Shown: in pieces, positions 34,144-45,700 of the stretch
How positions within the stretch are numbered: position 1 is the first letter of the stretch
Layout: the number at the start of each line of letters is the position of its first letter
Source: Squalus acanthias
Taxonomy: Eukaryota
Assembly (NCBI GenBank): GCA_030390025.1
Contig: CM059445.1
Location: 58,032,001-58,096,000 of the forward strand
Length of the DNA stretch: 64,000 nucleotides
Direction: 5' to 3'
Notes under the pieces: model-generated
Seen by the model: the letters and a program-made list of their open reading frames with translations, nothing else
Databases searched by the model: none
Told to the model about the DNA's origin: nothing
Program-made: the position numbers and the translations under genes

Positions 34144-34595
34144 CTTTTTATCCAGGTTCACTTATCTCTCTATTGAGCTAGAGTTTTGTTCAAAATAATA
34201 CATTCAAAAGTTTTACAATAAATGTTTAAAGGTGTTCATTCCGGTGGAAATGTGTTTCTTGGAGTAAATCTGACTGTACGTATATCGTGGGCTGTCTCTT
34301 CAATGACTTCTTGTATTAATGCAAAGTGTGGTATTCAATTACATTTTGCAGTCTTGCACCAATTACAATTGATATCTCTTCTCCACTAAAGCAAAAGCAT
34401 TTAACCCTATCACTCATCATTTTTCATTTTGTCGCCAAGCAGCCTGTTCCCAGAGGTGGGAATCGAACATATTTATCAATTTGTTTCGAGGTTGGGGGTT
34501 TAGGGCGAGAAGTAGGTTTGGCAAGAGGGGACAAAACAAGACTGCAACAGCCTCGCACAAGACAGAACATCAAGGGTGTCGTGTCTGACTAAGCC

Positions 34596-35085
34596 ACAAA
34601 CAACAACAGAAAATGCTGGAAACACTCAGCAGGTCAGGCAGCATCGTGGAGAGAGAAACAGAGTTAACGTTTGAGGTCGATGACCCTTCGTCAGAACTGA
34701 AAAAAGTTGGAGAAGTAACAGATATTTAAGCAAGTGTAGGGGCAGGGAAAGGGGGGAGGGGAGGAAAGAATAAAGGAAAGGTCTGTGATAGGCTGGAAGG
34801 CAGGAGAGATTAAAGGACAAAAGGGATGATGGTGCAAGGCAAAAGGAGATGGTAATGGGACAAGTTAAGAAACAAAAGATGACCCTAGATGAGGTGTAAA
34901 TGGCAATGGCAGAATAATCAGCAGCTGCCCTGTGAGAGAGAAAAGAAAACATGGGGGCAGAGGTTATAGTCTGAAATTATTGAACTCAATGTTGAGTCCA
35001 GAAGGCTGTAAAGTGCCTAATCGAAAGATGAGGTGCTGTTCCTCGAGCTTACGTTGGTTGAGCTTTGTTGGAACAGTGTAAGAGA
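34596..35085 (-). mobile_element. Penelope-like element 3' fragment / pLTR
   Basis: Reverse complement of the same [20 protein letters not shown] coding end and pLTR seen at 60.9-61.2 kb. Confidence 0.8.
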
Positions 35086-35176
35086 CAATATTTACCATCC
35101 TGCTTGAAAGTTTTCAATTGGGAAATTTTCTATTATGTAGGTGTTCCAACCCCTGGCAGAAAAGGTTAAAGACACT

Positions 35177-36066
35177 GGGGGAGAAATTCGGTATCGCCCC
35201 GTTTGGGGTGCAATTATCGGCCGGGCGCAAAGTTTAGCACCTGGCGCTAATTATCGCCTCCGACGGCAAACTTGGCTTCTATCGCCCCTGGAGGTGATTG
35301 GAGCGCTAAATCAGGCGCTACACACCTGTCTTAAGGCGCCAACGCCGAGGAGCGAGGCGCTACCTCAGAGCACTGGCGAAGCTCATGTGATGCCAGTCAG
35401 CAATGAAACACAGACACACTGGCGCCAGTCAGTACTTAAAGGGAAGGGTCGATCTTGCTCTCCATCCACACCCTGCTCATTGCAGCCTTGAATCTCGGCC
35501 TGGAGAGACCTGTAGATCAAATCTGCTGGAAAGAACAATGGAGAGATCCAGGGAAAGAGCTCAGAGTGCAGCCCCCATCATCTCTTCTAAATCGGTGCAA
35601 GGAAGGTCAAATCAAAATAAACCTGCAAAGTGCTGCTCAGTACCCAAAATTCCTTCACACAGCGTTGATCTCTCCAGAAGTCTCTCTCTCTCTCAGAATG
35701 CGTGGTGCAAAAATGTCACCGACAAAAAAAGGCAGGAAGCGGTCGCCTTTAAATAGCGCTCCCCCAGTCCCTTCCCAACTGCAAAACGTTCCCCTCAACC
35801 TGTCGTTACTAGCGGCAGGCGGTAAGGCAGGGGGCGCCACTCAATATCCGGTCCGGGGCGCTACCGGGGCGTTGCGCACTCGACTGACGTCACGATCTGC
35901 CGGCGCAGGAGATCATGGCGGTAGTGTTTAGCGCCACCGCAAAATGTCTGGTCAATTTCGCGAGCGGCGCGAAACATCGCCGCGTCCAGGCGCTGGTTGC
36001 TTTGCGCCTCATTACCGCCATCTTAAGGCGCTAACAGGAGGTGCAAAGCAACCAAATTTTTCCTCC
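35177..36066. mobile_element. GC-rich Harbinger-like MITE
   Basis: Ends GGGGGAGAAATTCGGT / ACCAAATTTTTCCTCC, TSD ACT. Confidence 0.75.
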
Positions 36067-36547
36067 ACTGTATGCTGGGAGTGCAGCCAAGCTGAGCTGG
36101 TTTTATCTAAGGGCGTTAGTCTCAGTCTGGTATTTGTAAAGCGTGATGAACAGCTGGCAGACCTAGGCTATACTGTCGGGTCTGCATCGCACTCTGCTCA
36201 GCGGCAAAGGCCGCCAGTAACCACATGCAGAGCTCCACTCGTGGCCTGTTCCATTTTAATATTAAGGAGACGGCCAGCAGAACTATTACTATGTTACTAA
36301 AATTTCATCGAATTTCAAACGTTTCCAGGCTTCACACTACATTGTGGTGTAACTGCAGTGAATGGGATGCCTGAGTGGTGTGTGGTTACTTCCTAGAGAT
36401 GGTTTAGTGCAATAGGCGCTCAAATCACTTGACTCCTGAGTTGTAGCACTGCTGTCATGTTTACGCACACCACCCAAAACCACTCGGCATTGAATCGCAA
36501 GTGCTGGAATATCTGCACTGTAAAAGGATTGGACATAGAATCACATA

Positions 36548-37204
36548 GGGGGGAAAATTGAGTCGCCCGGGCGCGAATAAAATAGTCTCCCCACGGCCGA
36601 AATTCATCGGTAGCGCCCCAAGAGGGAGGCGGGCACTACTGGAAGCGCCCCGCCTCCCCTTTTGGGGCACTGTGAGGGAATATCGCGGCGCTATGTGCCG
36701 CAGTGTCACGTCGCGCCGCGGTACTGCAGGCCTTCCTCCCTTTCTTAAAGGGGAGGGACCTTGCGCAGCGCGACCCGGGGCCCAGCTGGGCCACCAGGGA
36801 TCGGAGAGCCGGCAAAAGAGCCCGGCACTCAAGAGAAGTGCCGGGCTCACGGAGCGCAGTCGGCATTCCGCGGGGGGGGCTGCACAGAAGGCCGGGGACA
36901 GGTGCTGCCAGGCGGCCAGCAACAAAAATGGCCGCCCAGCACCTCGCCTTTAATTAGCGCTGCCCCGGCCGTAGGTAGGCCCCCCTGACCCCGTCGGACA
37001 TAGCATCCGGTGGTAAGTCAGGGGGCACTACCAAATATCGCAGGCCAGGGCGCTGCGCACTGCGATGACGTCATCGGCGGCGGCGCAGCGGGGCGCTAAC
37101 GGTTACCGCCGCCGCTAACCTCCCGCTGAATTTTGCAGAAGGCGTTGGCGGCGCTGCGCCCCGTTAGCGCCCTAAGAGGCGCAAAGCAACCGAATTTTTC
37201 CCCC
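36548..37204. mobile_element. GC-rich Harbinger-like MITE inserted in a CR1 3' tail
   Basis: Ends GGGGGGAAAATTG / CGAATTTTTCCCCC, TSD ATA; reverse-oriented relative of 52889-53650. Confidence 0.75.
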
Positions 37205-37885
37205 ATAGAATTTACAGCATCGAAACAGGCCCTTTGGCCCAACTGGTCTATGCTGGTGTTTCTGCTCCACACGAGCCTCCTCCCACCCTACTTCATCTCA
37301 CCCTATCAGCATATCCTTCTATTCCTTTCTCCCTCTTGCACTTATCCAGCTTCCCCTTAAATGCATCATTGTAATGTATAGTGATTGCTTGTAGCAAATT
37401 TCATCATCAGGATTTTTTTAAGCAACTTTACAGATTTTTATTTCATTAAAAAAATGTCTTAAAGTATAAAGAGAGATTATTGAGGCAGCTTACCTGCTTG
37501 AAGTTTCAATTCTATGGTGGCGACATCTAGCCACGCTAGGAAGGGATCAGGTCAATGAAACTAATTTATACTTTGTTTCTTCCTCCATGCTTCTTTACTC
37601 TGCCCCAATCCTCTTCACAATTTTCTATCTTCCTTGCCTGTAGATGCTGACTTTTGTTTGATCAGCGCTCCAGAGAGACTGGCAGCTTTCCAATAGCGCA
37701 CCCTAGTGACCATTCTTCATGCGTTAGCCTTAGACCGTGACTGATGGCAGGTTATTTGGCTAGGAGAGGTGTCACAATGGTGCCCGACATCCACACACTT
37801 GGACATTTGAACGGGGCTCAGTGCACAGGATTTCCCAACCCCCCTCCCTCAAACTCTGAGGGCAAGTGTAGCCCCCGTAACCTTT

Positions 37886-38186
37886 CATAAGAAATAGGAG
37901 CAGGAGTAGGCCATTCGGCCCTTCGAGCCTGCTCTGCCATTCAAAAAGATCATGGCTGATCTTCCACCTGAACTCCACCTTCCCGCCCTATCCCCATATC
38001 CCTCGATTCCCTTAATATCCAAAAATCTATCGATCCCAGCCTTGAATATACTCAACGACTGAGCATCCACAGCCCTCTGGGGTGGAGAATTCCAAAGATT
38101 CACAACCCTCTGAGTGAAGAAATTTCTCCTCAGCTCAGTCCTAAATGGCCGACCCCTTATTCTGAGACTGTGACCCTTAGTTCTGG
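37886..38186 (-). mobile_element. CR1 LINE 3' fragment
   Basis: [19 protein letters not shown]. Confidence 0.75.
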
Positions 38187-39724
38187 ATCAGTCCTTAGTC
38201 AAATCCGAGCCCACCCAACCATCAGGTAATGTTTCTTTAAGCACTGGTGTAAGGATGCAAGGAAAATCCATCTATGAATGTGTCCACAGTTCACTGAAGT
38301 TCTGCATTTCTACTTAGAGAACATTTAATCCATTTAAGTCACTGCCATTGCAGGTATAAATCTGCAGTCTAAAGGTGAAAACGTGATTCAAGAGAGGGCA
38401 AACAAAATCAGCAGACGGGCTGTGTCTTCTGAGGGATAAAATATAAGATGTGTTTTGTAACTATTACATCTAAATTAGGTGCAATTAATTCCTCCTCAAC
38501 GTTAGAAGTACACATGTACAGAGAGGCTCATACCGTGGCATTGCGAAAAGTTAAACCAGTTTTGCGCCGTTGACTTAAACCTATTTGGCTGAAACTGTCA
38601 TCTGCTAGAGAGATGACTTTAACCCATCAGTCTGGGACTAAGATCCTACGGGGTAAGAGGTGCAATCTCCAATTCTGATGCAGACACAAACATGTTCCTC
38701 ATTGGCACCGAAATACACAAAACCCTTTTTCTGCATCACGTGCCTCAGTATAAACAGCTCTTGTACAGCTCGGTGAGTTGCTATTACTTCACATTATAAC
38801 CTCAAAGGGCTCTTTGAATTTGCAGATCTGCCAAAGTTTTATATTACCCGGTGAAATCAGTAAAGAACACATAATTCTGTAATTGCATATTCAAAGCCCT
38901 TAGACTTTTGCTGAAAATAAACTGATGCGATGATTGCAGCAATCAGCGTTGGACTCGTGTTCACCAGCAGCAAGGCAGCTTGCAGACAATCGACAAACAG
39001 TTTGATTTAAATTGGCAGATTGCTATTCACTACCAAGGACAGCACGACCTTTAAAGCTGAAACTTCTGATCTTCGCTTCTGTGTCTTCTGATGTGCAGAC
39101 ATTGTCAAAAACATCACCACCCCCACTAGCTCAGTTGGCTAAGTGAACTGCCCAGTGAACCATACAGAGCAGAGATATTCCAGGTCTGTGCCAAGCTAAT
39201 TGATCGGAGCTCGGTGACAACTGACCCAGTGCCCCTGGACTTGGGAAGGAGTAGTACTAAGGGACAATGTTCCCTCTTTTTTTTTTTTACACGCGCGGAC
39301 CCTTTAACTGGCTGCGTGGCCCATTCAAATTTTCTCACATGCGCACTTTCTTCAATATAAAAGCCGGCCAGCGGACTGCGCGGGACCTCCAGACCGCGCC
39401 GCACACTGCGCAGCTTAGAGGGAACGTTGCTGAGGGAGTGTCGATTGTCCGAGGTGCGGCCTTTCATATCCGATGTCAAACCGACACCTTGTCTGCCTGT
39501 TCAGGTGGATGCCAAAGATCCCACGGCACTATTTGAAAAGAGGAGAGGGAGCTCCTGCTGCCCTGACCAACGATGCTCCCTGAGCCAACACCACCAAAAA
39601 ATTAACTAATTGGCCATTCATCTCCTTTTTCGGTTTGTGCGATCTTGCTGTGGGCAAACTGGCCTACATTACAGCGACGACTTTTCAAAAGCAACCATGG
39701 CTGTGAAACACTTTGGGACTTTCT

Positions 39725-40557
39725 GGGCTGGATTTTGCCAGCCCCGAGGGCGGGACTGCCGGTAAAGTTGCAGAAAGTGGGGCGGCTTTATCCCGCCTCC
39801 GTGCCCTTTTGCCAGGAGGCGGGAAGCCGTCCTGACCCAGGGTCCCGTCTCCTCGAGGCGGGAAAGGGATTAAATCCTTTTAACTGCCTGCTAACAGGTA
39901 GTTAACGGGCAGAAAAAAGGATTAGCCCCATTTTACCTTTTCAACTGCAGGCTTCCCGACCTCGGAGAACCCCGCCGGGTTGGAGGAGTCGAGTAGGAAG
40001 CCTGCGGGGGTCAGAGGGGTCTGAAAGTGAGATGTAGAGGTGAGTGATGGGTGCAAGTGTGGAGTGGTAAGTATGTGAGGTGAGTGTAAATTGTTAAAAA
40101 CTGTTCACTTACCTTTGTTTCTGCCTACAGCCTTCATTTGCTCTGGATGGGGAGTCCCAACATCTTCCTTGTAGATTTCACAGACTGGCTGTTGGATCCT
40201 CCAAACCAACAGTCATCTGAAATCTACAAAGTAGAAAGGTTTGATGAGTCCTGAACACAAAGGCTCATCAAACTACACAGAATCTCAGTGTTTGACAGCT
40301 TCACAGAGCTATAAAATGCTGACATTTCTTCTTTCAAGAAATCTTGACAGATGGCACATCAGACGTTGACACGTCAGACGTTGACGTGCTCTGTCAGTGA
40401 CTTCCCCCTAATTGGCCTGCTGAGCCCGCAGGGCGGGCTTAACAAGGTCAATCAGTGGAAAATTCCGCTGGTTGGCCAGAAGATGATGGAGGCGGGACTT
40501 AGACCCGACAAGCAGCAGGCCTGCCTCCAACTCGTCTCCATTCACAAAATCCAGCCC
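39725..40557. mobile_element. Harbinger-like non-autonomous element
   Basis: Perfect 13-bp TIR GGGCTGGATTTTG / CAAAATCCAGCCC, TSD TCT. Confidence 0.8.
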
Positions 40558-41829
40558 TCTTTTTTTTTTTTTACACACTCTATATTTGAACATATACAAT
40601 AGTAGGTTTAGATTCTGCTGTTCAAAATAGAAAATGCCTTGAATAGCTTAAATTTACTTAGTTTTGTAATATTTATTGCGTTAACTAGTTATACACAAAG
40701 GGTCAAAATGTACAAAAAAATTTACTATTGGTTTTAACAGTTACACCAGAAATGGAAGTCTTGCTTTAATATATGGCGATGAGATGAGAATCAGCAGAAA
40801 TTGACATTAACAGTCCACACGAGTCTTCCACTGGTCTCATTTTCCAAGATCTATGGTAAGAGCTAAGCACTGCCAAAACTCAAACGAGTTACAATACTGA
40901 TGAAACCTCACAGCATCTATTATCCAGCATAAATCCCTGAAAGAACAGGATTTAATACCAGCGGGAATTGCCTAGCAGGAGGTCCGTTAGTTTGTACAAA
41001 TCAGGACTGTACAAATCTTGGAAACACCTTAAAAGTATGCTGTGCAAGTCTTAGCATACAAAGTCTTAATGCGCTTGCATGTAATCTTTTTATCCTCTAT
41101 TTTAATGGAGGTGTAAATCTTATTTTAAATGGATTAACTTCTCTGGTAAAATAGCGCTAAGCACTCAGACAGCAACATTTCAGAGCCAAATAGCAATAGA
41201 CTTGTGGAATAAATCATCAAGAAAGGCTACTGACAGGGACATTATAAATGGACTCAATGTACAATTAAATGCTTTTGTGGAGAGAGTAGAGATCGAGGGA
41301 TAGGGCAAGAATAGTGGCAGGTGTGGTGGGAAGATATCAAAAAATGGGACAGGCTTAATGGTCTTTTTTCTGTTGCTAAAATTTGTTATGGTTGATGAAT
41401 TATCTTTAAAATTATAAATGTGACAATCACGAATTACGATTTATTTATTTTTTTAAGTTGGGAAACCTGGTTTAAGGGCCGAGGCCCGTAGTCCAAGGCA
41501 CCAACAAAGGTTGGAAAACCTAGGAGGGAAGACTAGGTAAATCGAGAAGTAATGTTAGCCAAGATTAGAACTTAAAATGTTGTGGATAATTGGGCCGGGG
41601 GGGGGGGGGGCGCCAATAATGAGTGAGGGAAAGCATTCCACATTTTGGCGGTACTGGGAAAAAATGAGCTTGAAAAAGAGCCGTAGTAATAAACCCCGAT
41701 TTCAGCACAGAGTGATGCGGCGAGGAGGAATGTGTAGGATGACGATTTTGCAGCTTAGGAGGAAAAAGTGAGTAAAGCTTGGAAGAGCACTGTCAGAGTC
41801 AAGAGTGTATTAAACGTCAACGAGCCCTA

Positions 41830-42515
41830 TGTAAGCATGCAGGTGCAGCAGGCGGTTAAGAAGGCAAATGGTATGTTGGCCTTCATAGCGAGAGGATTCG
41901 AGTACAGGAGCAAGGATGTCTTGCTGCAGTTGTACAGGGCCTTGGTGAGACCACACCTTGAGTATTATGTGCAGTTCTGGTCGCCTTATCTGAGGAAGGA
42001 TGTTCTTGCCATGGAGGGAGTGCAGCGAAGATTCACCAGACTGATACCTGGGATGGCAGGAATGACGTATGAAGAGAGATTGGGTCGATTAGGCTTATAT
42101 TCGCTAGAGTTTAGAAGAATGAGAGGGGATCTCATTGAAACTTATAAAATTCTAACAGGACTAGACAGACTAGATGCAGGAAGGATGTTCCCGATGGCGG
42201 GGGAGTCCAGAACCAGAGGTCACAGTCTAAGGATAAGGGGTAAGCCATTTCGGACTGAGATGAGGAGGAATTTCTTCACCCAGAGAGTGGTGAACCTGTG
42301 GAATTCTCTACCACAGAAGGCAGTTGAGGCCAATTCATTAAATATATTCAAGAAGGAGATAGATATATTTCTTAAGGCTAAAGGGATATGGGGAGAAAGC
42401 AGGGACAGGGTACTGAATTTGGATGATCAGCCATGATCTCATTAAATGGCAGAGCAAGCTCGAGGGGCCGAATGGCCTACTCCTGCTCCTATCTTCTATG
42501 CTATGCTTCTATGTT
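41830..42515 (+). mobile_element. CR1 LINE 3' fragment, antisense just after the TTC12 stop
   Basis: ORF with KKANGMLAFIARG...[15 protein letters not shown]...[14 protein letters not shown]. Confidence 0.88.
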
Positions 42516-42645
42516 GCATGTCTTCTACCTCCAATTAATCCGAGATGCAAAATGTCTGTAGAGTAACCAGTCTCTTTAGATAATTCCCAAGAGGCATTAT
42601 CATCGTGTACACAATCCCTGAGCCACGGCTGGTAACGTTACATCC

Positions 42646-42715
42646 TCACTTTATGTACTTCATGCAGGAGATCAGAATTTCCAATCCATGTAGCTCTCGG
42701 AGTTCAATCTTATGC
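42646..42715 (-). CDS. TTC12: TTC12 last coding exon
   Basis: CAG|[22 protein letters not shown] then TGA. Confidence 0.9.
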
Positions 42716-45700
42716 CTGAGTACAGCAAGAGAAATATTAGACACTAACCAGCAGGAGGAAAACTCATTCATCATTTTCAATGGCAGCTGTTTTCTGTCAG
42801 AACTTAATATTTAAAAAAAATCAGAGATCTTTGGGGTTTTTCACTCTTTAAGACAGTGGTTATATTGAAAGTACCAGTTTGAGATGGTGCCTGATTCAAG
42901 CAAATGCAGACCCAAGTAACTCTGCTGGCATCAGTGCTCATTGGCCAGGGGAAATGGAGCTATGAACACATGTGGATAGGGTGGAAGGAGACTCGTGTGG
43001 TGCAAAAACACCGGCGCAGCCCAATGGCCTGTTTCTGAGCTGTAAATTCTACGTAATGTATGTAATGATGCTCCACTCACTGGTATCAAAATGCTAGTTA
43101 AACGTTAATGTTAAAGAGCGTTCAGCACAGTCAGATCTCTGCTAATATTAAATGTGAAAATTAAACGATTCCCGGACCTGGCACCTTTTTAACGTTGCAT
43201 CCCATTAGTTTCATTGATACTGCCTTGGTGAGACCACACCTGGAGTACTGTGTGCAGTTTTGGTCTCCTTACCTAAGAAAGGATATACTTGCCACAGAGG
43301 GAGTGCAGCGAAGGTTCACCAGACTGATTCCTGGGATGGTAGGACTGTCGTATGAGGAGAGATTGGGTCGACTAGGCCTGTATTCACTAGAGTTTAGAAG
43401 AATGAGAGGGGATCTTATTGAAATGTATAAAATTCTGACAGGGCTAGACAGACTGGATGCAGGGAGGATGTTTCCCCTGGCTGGTGGGGGGGCGGGTCTA
43501 GAACGAGGGGTCACAGTCTCAGGATACGGGGTAGCACATTTAGGACTGAGATGAGGAGAAATTTCTTCACTCAGTGGGCGGTGAACCTGTGGAATTCTCT
43601 ACCACAGAAGGCTGTGGAGGCCAAGTCACTGAATATATTTAAGAAGGAGATAGAAAGATTTCTAGACACAAAAGGCATCAAGAGGTACGGGGAGAGAGCG
43701 GGAATATGGAATTGAGATAGAGGATCAGCCATGATCATATTGAATGGCGGAGCAGGTTCGAAGGGCCAAATGGCCTACGCCTGCTCCTATTTTTTCTATG
43801 TTTCTACTGCAGGCTGTGTGAAACTGCAGGCATGTGCTAATCCCTTAATGTTGAGAGTTGAAGTTAGACCTTACCTGGGTTCTGCCAAGCAGAGTTTACC
43901 CAGAGCAATCGCTGCATTCTGTTGGAGGCCGTTGTCCTTGGCGTCGCCACCAGCGTGCTTTAACAACGATCTGACGATGTCGGTCTTGAGCAGAGACGCA
44001 GCAGCTCCGGGGATCTCGAAGCAGTGCGAAAGGCAAAGAGCGGTGTTCCCCGCCACCAGCTCATCGTCCGAAGGCAGCAGCATCCTTAGGCCACTGAACT
44101 CTGGGACAACGGAAAGAGAGAGAAGCAGCATTTAGAAAAGGTGGGCGGGGTTTCTAAAAAGTACCAATAAATTGGTAAGGAAAAATAAAAGGAGTTTCCC
44201 CCCATCAGCACCAGTCCTGGGTTCATTTATCTATAATGAGCGCAGCAGGAGAGGAGATGTAAAGTCAGCTATGGGAGACAGGACAGGAGTTGGGAGGGAG
44301 AGCTGCCGTCTAAACATCACAGCTCTGGAGCAGCAGCTTTCAGTAGTGCACTGTTTGAAGTGCAGAACAGAGAGAACATGGAAAACAGTCAGCACGAAGG
44401 TGAGAATTATGGTGTTTACAAGCTTCACAATTGTGTCCTGTGCCTTGTACAAGGGTGGCGGATTGTGTTCAGGATTTTTTTTTTTTAATTGAATTTTGGG
44501 GAGATGTCTTAAGCGTGAGTCACCGTATATGCAAGCACATGCAGTACTAATAAAAACATCAAACGTTTCGAACGAACAGCAGGTCAATTAGCACCGCGAG
44601 AGAGAAAGATGGAGCCACAACCAAAATGTTAACCAATCAGTCGCACATCATTATACCTTGGACATACGTCGCCATTCCTTCATCATTGCTGGCTCAAAAT
44701 CGTGGCAGCACCATCGGCACAAGGACTGCAACCGCTCTGGATCTGGGCGATGCGAGTAAAGCGGCATTTATTACCCATCCCTAGTTCTCAGGGGCAGTAG
44801 GGATTGGTACTAAATGCAGCTTCTGGTGGCATCAGCCATTACCAGACAACAAATACATTTAGGCTGATTATTGAGTTTATCTTCCCATTTCAGGTGTTAA
44901 TTAGTTTGGTCTCCACCTTCACATTGTTTTTACTTCAGATTACCAGGGTTAGTTTTTTTTTTATATATGATTAGACAATGTATTAATAAAGTACACACAC
45001 ACACCATTATAATAATGTTCTGTTTACTGATGATTATAAATAGATTGTGCTGCACAGTGTCAGCTCACTGGGCAGCACCCTCGCCTCCGAGTCAAAAAGC
45101 TGTGGGTTTCAAGTCCCACTCCAGAGACTTGAGCACAAAAATCTAGGCTGACACTCCAGTGTAGTGCTGAGGGAGTGCCGCACTGTAGATTAAACCGAGG
45201 CCCCGTCTGCCCTCTCTGGTGGACGTAAACGATCCCATGGCACTATTTCGAAGAAGAGCTGGGAAGCTGTCCCGGTGTCCTGGCCAAAATTTGTTCCTCA
45301 ATCAACATCACCAAAACAGATTATCACATTGCTGTTTGTGGGAGCTTGCTGTGCGCAAATTGGCTGTAGTGTTTCCTACATTACGACAGTGACTACACTT
45401 CAAAAAGTACTTCATCGGCTGTAAAGCGCTTTGGGACGTCCTGATGTCTTTCTTTCTTTCTACTTCCACCCACTCGGCCCCCAGATGCCCTGTTGAAGCT
45501 CAGTGAGAAAGTCATTTTAAAAGATTGCTCAAACGGGAAGCTAATTATCACATACTTTTATCACATTTGACAATCTCTTCTCGAGCCTGTTCGCTGTTTC
45601 CACTGCAGATTGCCAAGGTCTTCACAGCATATCGTGTAGTTGCCTTCCCACCAGCCTGAAACACAAATAAACCAAACTGTGGATGTGCACACAGTGGGAG

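Noticed and set aside
41768-42436. 222-aa ORF and similar ORFs (6128, 43195, 56950) as host genes
   Set aside because: They are CR1 ORF2 C-terminal fragments repeated many times in the window.
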